Part shown: piece by piece, positions 34,731 to 41,626 of the stretch
How the letters are laid out: each line of letters starts with the position of its first letter
How positions within the stretch are numbered: the stretch's first letter is position 1
NCBI GenBank assembly: GCA_035500035.1
Contig: DATJXP010000294.1
Location: forward strand, 1-41,626
Reading direction: 5' to 3'
From: Candidatus Acidiferrum sp.
GTDB lineage: Bacteria; Pseudomonadota; Gammaproteobacteria; Pseudomonadales; Pseudohongiellaceae
DNA: 41,626 bases
Made by a program: the position numbers and the translations under genes
Notes under the pieces: model-generated
What the model saw: the letters and a program-made list of their open reading frames with translations, nothing else
The model's database searches: none
What the model was told of the DNA's origin: nothing

Positions 34731-36107
34731 ATGCTCGATGAATCCCAGTTGTTGAAGGATGAAGCACAGTACTGTTCGTTCGGCGATACCGTGCATTACG
34801 CCGATCCGCCGAAAATTTTCACCGGCTGCGAAGGCAGCTACCTGTACGACGCCCAGGGCACTCAGTTTCTCGATCTGCAGATGTGGTATTCGGCCGTCAA
34901 TTTCGGCTACCGCAACGAGCGGCTCAACAATGTGGTCAAGCAGCAACTGGACACGCTGCCGCAAGTCGCCAGCCAGTACCTGCATCCGAGCAAGATCGAA
35001 CTCGCCAAAATCATCGCGCAGGATGCCGAGCGCAAGTTCGGCATGCAGGGGCGCGTGCACTTCAACGTCGGCGGCTCGCAATCGATCGAGGATTCGCTGA
35101 AGCTGGTGCGCAATGCCTGCAACGGCAAGAGCCTGATGTTTGCCTTCGAAGGCGGCTACCACGGCCGCACGCTCGGCGCCTCGGCGATCACGTCAAGCTA
35201 TCGCTATCGCCGCCGCTACGGCCATTTCGGCGACCGCGCGCTGTTCGTGCCGTTTCCTTATCCGTTCCGCCGCCCCAAACACATGACGGCCGAAGAATAC
35301 GGCGAGTGGTGCGTCAACAATTTCGCCCGCATGTTCGAGACCGAATACAACGGCGTGTGGGATCCGAAAGCCAATCAATCCGAATACGCCGCGTTCTACA
35401 TCGAACCGATCCAGGGCACCGGCGGCTACGTGGTACCGCCGAAGAATTTCTTCCCCGGGTTGAAAAAAGTGCTGGACCAATACGGCATCCTGCTGGTGGT
35501 CGACGAAATCCAGATGGGTTTCTACCGCACCGGCAAGCTGTGGTCGATCGAACACTTCGGCATCAAACCCGACGTGCTGGTGTTCGCGAAGGCACTGACC
35601 AACGGTCTCAATCCACTGGCGGGATTGTGGGCACGCGAAGAGCTGATCAACCCGACCATTTTCCCGCCCGGCTCCACGCATTCGACGTTCGCGTCCAATC
35701 CGATCGGCACCGCGCTCGGCCTCGAAGTGATGAAGATGACGCGCGAGACAGATTACGAAACGATGGTGATGAAAAAAGGCGAACACTTCCTCGCCGGGCT
35801 CAAGGACCTGCAGAAACGCCACAAGGAAATCGGCGATGTCGATGGCTTGGGGCTGGCGTTGCGTGCCGAAATCTGCACCGACGACGGCTTCACGCCCAAC
35901 CGTGCGTTGCTGGATCGCATGATGAACCTCGGCCTGCAAGCGGCGCTCGACTGGAAAGGCAAGAAGATGGGACTCGTGCTCGATGTCGGCGGGTATTACA
36001 AAAACGTGATCACCTTCGCTCCGTCGTTGCACATCAGCGGCGAAGAGATCGATCAGGGCATCGCCCTGCTCGACCAGTTGTTGACGCTCGCCAAGTCCGG
36101 TAAATAG
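34731..36107 (+). CDS. Class-III (omega-type) PLP-dependent aminotransferase
   Basis: LVVDEIQMGFYRTGKLWSIEHFGIKPDVLVFAKALTNG (PLP-Lys in FAKAL) and FEGGYHGRTLGA. ATG at 34731 has no clear SD; the track ORF begins at 34662. Confidence 0.85.
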   Translation: MLDESQLLKDEAQYCSFGDTVHYADPPKIFTGCEGSYLYDAQGTQFLDLQMWYSAVNFGYRNERLNNVVKQQLDTLPQVASQYLHPSKIELAKIIAQDAERKFGMQGRVHFNVGGSQSIEDSLKLVRNACNGKSLMFAFEGGYHGRTLGASAITSSYRYRRRYGHFGDRALFVPFPYPFRRPKHMTAEEYGEWCVNNFARMFETEYNGVWDPKANQSEYAAFYIEPIQGTGGYVVPPKNFFPGLKKVLDQYGILLVVDEIQMGFYRTGKLWSIEHFGIKPDVLVFAKALTNGLNPLAGLWAREELINPTIFPPGSTHSTFASNPIGTALGLEVMKMTRETDYETMVMKKGEHFLAGLKDLQKRHKEIGDVDGLGLALRAEICTDDGFTPNRALLDRMMNLGLQAALDWKGKKMGLVLDVGGYYKNVITFAPSLHISGEEIDQGIALLDQLLTLAKSGK

Positions 36108-36161
36108 CGCTTGGCGACCGGCACCGACGGGGTGGTGGCGCCTGGCCGCGACCGGACCCCT

Positions 36162-37250
36162 ATGCCCCTTGCCAATCGTTTTGCGAACCAATTGGAGCCC
36201 GCTGCGCTGATCGACGCCTTCCTGGCGCATCCGCCGCAGGATTTCACGGCCTGGCAGACGCAGGGCGGCATCCTGGCCTTCGCCGCCGACTTCTACCTGC
36301 TCACCACGCTCGACGACGCACTGCGTCGCCGCATCGACGCGCTGCCGGGACGCTGGTGGCGTCGCTTGCTCAGTCCGCGTACCTGCTTCATCGGCACCAC
36401 GGTATCGGAATATTGCCTGCTACCGCCGGCCACGCCACCGGCGGGAATCATCGCGGACATCAAGCAACAGCTGGCTCCGCGTTATCCGTTCCTGATCATC
36501 AAGGATCTGCCGCAACAGTCGCCGTTGCTGACGCAGGCAGACAACGTGCGGGCTGCTGCGCTGATGGGCGCTGCCCGCGCCGCCGGCTTCGTCATCGTCG
36601 ATGGCCAGGCGCTGGCCTATGTGCCGATCGATTTCGCCAGCATCGACGACTACCTGGCACGACTGTCGAACCAGCGTCGCAAAGATCTCCGCCGCAAACT
36701 CCGGATGCAGGACCGTATCGCCGTCAGCGTGGTCCGCAGCGGCGATGCGCTGTTTGCCGACGATGCCGTCATCGACGAATACTACCGACTCTACACCGCC
36801 GTGTTCGCGCAGAGCGATACCCATTTCGACCTGCTGACCCGCCCGTTCTTCGCCTCGGTGCTGCGCGATGCGGCTGCCGGCGGCGTGGTATTTCTTTATC
36901 ATTGCGACGGCGAACTGATCGGCTTCAACCTCTGCTTCATCGAAGGCGGCAACATGATCGACAAATACGTCGGCTTTCGTTATCCGGTCGCGCGCGAGCT
37001 CAATCTGTATTTCGTCAGCTGGTTCGTCAATCTCGCCTATGCGCTCGAACATGGCCTCAAGCACTACGTGGCCGGCTGGAGCGATCCCGAAGTCAAACGT
37101 GCGCTCGGCGCCAGTTTTACCTTTACCTGTCACGCGGTGCATGTCCGCAATCCCTTGCTGCGAGCCTTGCTGAAGCCGTTCGCTTCCCTGTTCGAGCGCG
37201 ATGCCCACGTCATCGGCCACGCTGACGCCGGAGCCGGCGGCGATGATTGA
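36162..37250 (+). CDS. FemAB-like / BioF2-like GNAT-fold acyl- or aminoacyl-transferase (family assignment tentative)
   Basis: About 362 aa. The C-terminal half (VVFLYHCDGELIGFNLCFIEGGNMIDKYVGFRYPVARELNLYFVSWFVNLAYALEHGLKHY) resembles FemAB-like duplicated-GNAT proteins from memory. Not verifiable without a search. Confidence 0.5.
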   Translation: MPLANRFANQLEPAALIDAFLAHPPQDFTAWQTQGGILAFAADFYLLTTLDDALRRRIDALPGRWWRRLLSPRTCFIGTTVSEYCLLPPATPPAGIIADIKQQLAPRYPFLIIKDLPQQSPLLTQADNVRAAALMGAARAAGFVIVDGQALAYVPIDFASIDDYLARLSNQRRKDLRRKLRMQDRIAVSVVRSGDALFADDAVIDEYYRLYTAVFAQSDTHFDLLTRPFFASVLRDAAAGGVVFLYHCDGELIGFNLCFIEGGNMIDKYVGFRYPVARELNLYFVSWFVNLAYALEHGLKHYVAGWSDPEVKRALGASFTFTCHAVHVRNPLLRALLKPFASLFERDAHVIGHADAGAGGDD

Positions 37251-38145
37251 CGCGCTCCAACCGCTGGTGCTTGATTTCGACCGATCGGTCAGCAAACCGG
37301 AATCGGCCACCCGCATCGACCTGCAGCATTGGCAGGAGAGCGTGCGTTTTGGCTGCCCGCTTAAGGTCTATGAAAGATTCGTCAGGTATCTTGCCCCCCT
37401 GATGCCGGCGCGCCACGGCACCGTGTTGATGGGGAGCGGCGACTACCACCATGTCAGCCGTTTCCTGATCGAGCGCATTCGTACCGACCGACCCTTTGAC
37501 GTGATCGTGCTGGACAACCACCCGGACAACATGCGGTTTCCGTTCGGCATCCACTGCGGATCGTGGGTGCGGGGCGTTGCACTGCTACCGCAAGTGCGGC
37601 ACGTGCATGTGGTGGGCATCTGTTCGTCCGACATCGGCGCCCGCTCGGCGTGGAGCAATTACTGGTTGCCCCTGCTGCGCGGACGTTTGACTTATTGGTG
37701 TCTCGGCGTCGATGTGGGCTGGGCGCGGCGCGCAGGTCTCGGCAATGCCTTTCGTCGCTACGACGAACCCGATGCGCTGCTCCGTGAATTCATGGACGAA
37801 CGCGATGCAGTGCCGGTCTATCTGAGCATCGACAAGGACGTGTTCGCCGAAGATGTCGTCAGGACCAACTGGGATCAAGGTCGCCTTGCCGCCGGACACG
37901 CGCTGGCGGTGATCGAGTCACTGGCCGGACGCCTGATCGGCAGCGACATCACCGGCGAGGTATCGGTGTGGCGCTACCGCACCTGGTGGAAGCGTTGGCT
38001 CAGCGCACTCGACGATCAACCGGACATCGCTCCGGATCGGCTGGCGCAATGGCAAGAACCGCAGCAGCAACTCAATCTGCGCCTGCTCGACGCGCTGGCA
38101 CAGGCTACGCACAAAACCCTTGCTGCCCAAATGGAAAGACTGTAA
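37243..38145 (+). CDS. Arginase/deacetylase-fold metal-dependent hydrolase (divergent)
   Basis: Arginase-like motif series: GSGDYHHVS (cf. GGDHS), VLDNHPDN (cf. DAHxD), YLSIDKDVFAEDV (cf. SxDxDxxDP) and GSDITGEVS. The ATG overlaps the upstream stop (ATGATTGA). Confidence 0.6.
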   Translation: MIDALQPLVLDFDRSVSKPESATRIDLQHWQESVRFGCPLKVYERFVRYLAPLMPARHGTVLMGSGDYHHVSRFLIERIRTDRPFDVIVLDNHPDNMRFPFGIHCGSWVRGVALLPQVRHVHVVGICSSDIGARSAWSNYWLPLLRGRLTYWCLGVDVGWARRAGLGNAFRRYDEPDALLREFMDERDAVPVYLSIDKDVFAEDVVRTNWDQGRLAAGHALAVIESLAGRLIGSDITGEVSVWRYRTWWKRWLSALDDQPDIAPDRLAQWQEPQQQLNLRLLDALAQATHKTLAAQMERL

Positions 38146-38152
38146 ACAGAAC

Positions 38153-39382
38153 ATGATGGCTAAAGAGAGAATCGTAGTAAGCGGTCTGGCCGTACTCACG
38201 GCGCAGGGCAACAATGTCAACCAGTTCTGGGAGGCGATGCTGTCCGCGCGCTCCGGCATCGGCGCCATCAGCCGCTTCGACGCCAGCCAATATCGCACCC
38301 GCATCGCCGCCGAACTCAAAACCGATCTCAACGAACTGCTCGGTTATTCCGTCAGCAAGTATTCGATCAACACCCAGTTTGCCCTGGCCTGTGCCGAAGA
38401 GCTGGTGCGCGATGCCGGCATCGCCGACGGTGGCGGCCTCGACAAGCAACGCATCGGCATCTGTCTCGGCACCGGCCTTGGCGGCATCTATTACGCGGAA
38501 GAAGGATTGACCCGCCTGCTGGAGCAAGGCCCTGGCCGCGTCAATCCGATGTGCGTGCCCTACGTCGATCCCAACTCGATGATCAACCAGATCGCCAGCA
38601 AGTGGGGCTTTCTCGGCCAGCAGTTCACCGTCGCCAGCGCCTGCTCGTCCGCGGCCAACGCCATGGGAGTGGCACTCGACATGATACGCAGCGGCCGCGC
38701 CGATGCCGTACTGACCGGCGGCGTCGAATGCACCGTGCAACCGCTGATGCTGGCCGGCTTCGACCGCTTGCGCGCGATGTCGCCCGGCAATGACGATCCG
38801 CAGAATGCCTGCCGCCCGTTCGCCAAGGATCGCGATGGCTTCGTGCTGGGCGAGGGCGCGGCACTGCTGTTCATCGAGAAGGAGTCGAGCGCTCGCGCCC
38901 GCGGCGCCACTGTGTACGCCGAGCTGGCCGGTTTCGGCTGCACTGGCGGCGGTTATCACGCGGTGATGCCGGTGCCGGACGGCAGCGACTCGGTACGCTG
39001 CATGCAGATTGCACTGGCCGATGCCAGCGCCACCGCCGCCGAAATCGATCTCATCAATCCCCACGGCACCGGCACCCAACTCAACGACGCCGCCGAATAC
39101 AAGGCCATGCTGCAGGTATTCGGCGACCGCATCCGGGAAATTCCAATAGCCCCCACCAAGCAACTGACCGGCCATTTGCTTGGCGCCGCTGGTGCGATAG
39201 AGGCCGCTCATGTGGTTAAATCGCTGCACGAAGGGGTACTGACCCCTTTCAAGCCGATCAACTGCGAGTTTGATCTCAACATCAACTTCGGTGGACCGAT
39301 ACGGCAGGCGCCGCATTGCGCCCTGTCCAGCTCGTTTGGATTCGGCAACAACAATGCGTCGTTAGTGTTCCGGAAGCTGTAA
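38153..39382 (+). CDS. Beta-ketoacyl-ACP synthase, FabF/FabB-type elongating KS (Cys-His-His)
   Basis: Active-site Cys in ASACSSAANAM, with His residues in NPHGTGT and TGHLLGAAG. About 409 aa. Confidence 0.9.
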   Translation: MMAKERIVVSGLAVLTAQGNNVNQFWEAMLSARSGIGAISRFDASQYRTRIAAELKTDLNELLGYSVSKYSINTQFALACAEELVRDAGIADGGGLDKQRIGICLGTGLGGIYYAEEGLTRLLEQGPGRVNPMCVPYVDPNSMINQIASKWGFLGQQFTVASACSSAANAMGVALDMIRSGRADAVLTGGVECTVQPLMLAGFDRLRAMSPGNDDPQNACRPFAKDRDGFVLGEGAALLFIEKESSARARGATVYAELAGFGCTGGGYHAVMPVPDGSDSVRCMQIALADASATAAEIDLINPHGTGTQLNDAAEYKAMLQVFGDRIREIPIAPTKQLTGHLLGAAGAIEAAHVVKSLHEGVLTPFKPINCEFDLNINFGGPIRQAPHCALSSSFGFGNNNASLVFRKL

Positions 39383-39639
39383 TGAAGATCTCGAAAGCCG
39401 AATTCATCAAGATTCTGAAGGCCAATGCAGACCGTTTCGACCGCCAGGATATCGCCGAGACGGACAAGCTGGCCGACTTGGGCGTCGATTCCATCGGCTT
39501 CGTGATGACCATCTATGCCATCGAAGAAAAGCTGAAGGTGAAGATACAGGATGCTGATCTCGCCTCGCTGACCCCCGACAGCCATGTGTCGGATTTCGTC
39601 CGGGTGCTGGCCGGTCTCGGCATCGAAATCGAACTATAA
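39382..39639 (+). CDS. Acyl carrier protein (dedicated, cluster-associated)
   Basis: 85 aa with the phosphopantetheine attachment motif LGVDSIGFV. The ATG overlaps the KS stop (TAATG). Confidence 0.85.
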   Translation: MKISKAEFIKILKANADRFDRQDIAETDKLADLGVDSIGFVMTIYAIEEKLKVKIQDADLASLTPDSHVSDFVRVLAGLGIEIEL

Positions 39640-39704
39640 ATTTTCCCAATTCTGCTTCAGCGCTTCCGGCGCGGTTCTGTGCGCATTGCGAACCGGCGCT
39701 CACA

Positions 39705-40943
39705 TCAACTTGCCGCCGTCATGACCTCTCCCAGTATCTGCAATACCTTGGCAAATGCGGCGTCATCCAGCCAGAGGCTGTTACTGATGCAGAGCAGGGT
39801 ACCCGCCAATTTGCGCGCTTCGGTACAAGCGCCGACATCAGCGGGCAGCAAATCGCGCAAGTAGTCGTAATCGGGCAACGCATACACGAACAGGCGCCCT
39901 GCTCCCAGGCCGAGCGGCACCAGCCGTCGCAATGCCGCATCGCGCAGCGCCGTTGACGGCAACAACGCCATCAGCACCGGCCACGTACCGGCCGCGCCCA
40001 CGCCGGCCGCATCGTCAATGACGGTAATGCCGGCGATGTCCTGCAGCATTCTGCGGCGCGCAAGACCTTGCGTGCGCGTCTGCTCGAGAAAGGATGGCAG
40101 TCGCGGCAGTGCCCCGGCTGCGCAGTGCTGGCGCCAGCGGCCGAGCGTATGCAGCGGTATCTCGCGGCCAAAACGGTCACCCACGGCCTCGACCCAATTA
40201 CCTGCGCCGGCCGCGCGACGAAATTGCGGACCGTAGAACAGCCGCAACCCGAATGGCCGGTAGAACAAGGTTGATGCGCAGTATTGCAGGCAGCGCTTGG
40301 CTTCCATCCAGGCATCGAAGTGGATGAGTTCGTCGTGGGCGGACTGCAAGCGCTGGCGCAAATGCGGATCGTTTGCGATCAAGGCCCCGCCTTCGAACAG
40401 GTTCAGGCCCTTGCCGATCGCAAAGCTGAAGAAACCGGCGTCGCCGATCAGGCCGACGGATTTGCCGTTGACCGTCGCGCCCAGGGCCTGCGCGGCGTCT
40501 TCGATCACGCAGCTGCCGTACTTCACGGCCAATTTTTGCACGGCCGCCACATCGACGACGCGCCCGCCAAGATGAGTCGGAATGACGGCAAGGATGCGGT
40601 CGCGGTAGCGCGGCGCCTCGAACACCGCCGCCAGTTGGTCATGATCGAAATCGACCGAGCCCGGCCCGGTGTCGCACAGCGCCACTTCGAGTCCGCAATG
40701 CACGATCGCCATCACGACGAGCGGGCAGGTATAGGCCGGGATTACCACCACTCGGCGAGCACTGTGCCGCTTGAGCGCATGCAAGGTGACCACCAACGCG
40801 GCCGTACCAGAGCATTCCAGCAGCGACGATGGCAGGCCGAACGTGGCAGCCAACGCATCGGAGAAGTCCGCGTCGGCAGGCCAGAGGTCCTGCCACTGTG
40901 GCGGTAATCCGGCGGTAGGAGGAACTTCCTGTCGGCTACTCAT
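39705..40943 (-). CDS. DegT/DnrJ/EryC1/StrS family PLP-dependent (sugar) aminotransferase, ArnB-like
   Basis: FSFAIGKGLNLFEGGALI (PLP-Lys region), VVIPAYTCPLVVMAI and CVIEDAAQALGA. Confidence 0.85.
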   Translation of the reverse strand: MSSRQEVPPTAGLPPQWQDLWPADADFSDALAATFGLPSSLLECSGTAALVVTLHALKRHSARRVVVIPAYTCPLVVMAIVHCGLEVALCDTGPGSVDFDHDQLAAVFEAPRYRDRILAVIPTHLGGRVVDVAAVQKLAVKYGSCVIEDAAQALGATVNGKSVGLIGDAGFFSFAIGKGLNLFEGGALIANDPHLRQRLQSAHDELIHFDAWMEAKRCLQYCASTLFYRPFGLRLFYGPQFRRAAGAGNWVEAVGDRFGREIPLHTLGRWRQHCAAGALPRLPSFLEQTRTQGLARRRMLQDIAGITVIDDAAGVGAAGTWPVLMALLPSTALRDAALRRLVPLGLGAGRLFVYALPDYDYLRDLLPADVGACTEARKLAGTLLCISNSLWLDDAAFAKVLQILGEVMTAAS

Positions 40944-41337
40944 GTGCAGCCGGCTGCGAACCGGCAGAGAGCTGTTGTTCGGCCACGGCGAGACACACTA
41001 TGCCGCCGAGAATCAACAGGGCTCCGAGCACTTTGGCCACGGTGATGGGCTCGTTGAAAAGCCACCACGACAGCAGCATCACGCTGATGACCTCCAGGTG
41101 GGATGCAGCGAAGGCAGGCCCGACCGCGACGCGCTTGAGCAGAGTCATCCATGTGAAGAAAGCCCCGATGTAGCCGAGTATGGCGCCATACAACCAGATA
41201 TGGCTGACCACGCGCCACACCCAGTCCAGACTGAATTCCAGCGGCAGGGCCAGGGTTGCCGTGTACTTGAACGAGACCTGCGACAACGTATCGAACATCA
41301 TCAGCAGGCCGAACCCGGCGAAATGGAATTTCTTCAT
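40936..41337 (-). CDS. Small 4-TM EamA/SMR-like half-transporter (ArnF-like flippase subunit)
   Basis: 133 aa and very hydrophobic. ATGA overlap with the upstream paralogue and an 8-nt overlap with the DegT gene. Confidence 0.65.
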   Translation of the reverse strand: MKKFHFAGFGLLMMFDTLSQVSFKYTATLALPLEFSLDWVWRVVSHIWLYGAILGYIGAFFTWMTLLKRVAVGPAFAASHLEVISVMLLSWWLFNEPITVAKVLGALLILGGIVCLAVAEQQLSAGSQPAAHE

Positions 41338-41626
41338 GCGTCGGTCCCCACTACGGCGACACCCAACGCAACCAGGCCTATACCGACGATGCGCAACCGG
41401 TTCAGCCGTTCATGAAAGAACCAGCGTCCCGCCAGCATGATGGCAACGATATTGATCGAACCGAGCAACACGCCTTCGGCCAATTCGACCAGCGACAGGA
41501 AAGCAAGCCAGACGACGAACTCGACCACGAAGCAGCCGACGCCGATCAATACCCAGGGATTGCGCAACACCGCGAGCCAGTAGGCGGCACCTTCTTCGGT
41601 GCTTTCCTTGTTGGCGGCGGTCTTGA
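41334..41626 (-). CDS. Small EamA/SMR-like half-transporter (ArnE-like flippase subunit). The frame stays open to the window edge.
   Basis: Hydrophobic sequence ...NPWVLIGVGCFVVEFVVWLAFLSL...RLRIVGIGLVALGVAVVG. The frame remains open upstream of GTG 41570 (KTAANKESTEEGAAYWLA), so the true start may lie outside the window. Confidence 0.55.
   Translation of the reverse strand, partial: KTAANKESTEEGAAYWLAVLRNPWVLIGVGCFVVEFVVWLAFLSLVELAEGVLLGSINIVAIMLAGRWFFHERLNRLRIVGIGLVALGVAVVGTDA

Noticed and set aside
39661-39695. Possible terminator hairpin between the convergent ACP and DegT genes
   Set aside because: Only a 6-bp stem (CGGTTC/GAACCG) with a 12-nt loop and no U-tract on either strand.
1-41626. 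Mobile elements, prophage remnants, tRNA/rRNA/tmRNA genes, toxin-antitoxin or known defence-system genes
   Set aside because: I read through all ORFs and intergenic regions. I found no integrase, transposase or recombinase motifs, no long inverted or direct terminal repeats and no cloverleaf-like RNA genes. The window looks like core or accessory chromosome rather than an island.

Overview
This is a high-GC (roughly two-thirds G+C by eye) proteobacterial chromosomal segment, densely coding. I saw no tRNA or rRNA genes, CRISPR arrays, transposases or integrases. Gene order is as follows. (1) Minus strand: a secreted S1 trypsin-like protease, translationally coupled to a catalytically dead paralogue that runs off the left edge, then a GH3 beta-glucosidase. 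(2) A Rieske non-heme-iron oxygenase converging with zero gap on a Tat-signal FMN alpha-hydroxy-acid oxidase, then a GNAT gene. (3) A plus-strand operon of periplasmic ankyrin protein, cytochrome-c-motif DUF1592-type protein and DUF1552 protein, followed by an Ig-like lipoprotein. (4) A complete minus-strand type II secretion cluster, gspC-D-E-F-G-H-I-J-K-L-M (14.6-25.2 kb). (5) Divergent from gspC: an RsbW/SpoIIAB-like kinase and a phosphorylatable STAS protein sitting directly in front of mlaF-E-D-A-C. These are followed by an orphan coiled-coil protein, cinA and a Cache-HAMP-PP2C (RsbU/SpoIIE-type) phosphatase. (6) Two convergent operons that look like an uncharacterised envelope lipid or glycolipid tailoring pathway. 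The plus-strand operon has a class-III aminotransferase, a FemAB-like GNAT, an arginase-fold hydrolase, a FabF-type ketosynthase and a dedicated ACP. The minus-strand operon has a DegT aminotransferase and paired ArnE/ArnF-like half-transporters. The most interesting hypotheses are a partner-switching module wired to the Mla lipid transporter with no sigma factor in sight, the KS/ACP/aminotransferase cluster, and the protease/pseudoprotease pair. There are also odd non-coding elements: an AT-rich TTGGTTAA repeat leader, tandem 12-mers between the kinase and STAS genes, and a 20-bp perfect palindrome in the gspG leader. All functional calls rest on motifs I read in the translations; no database search was possible.
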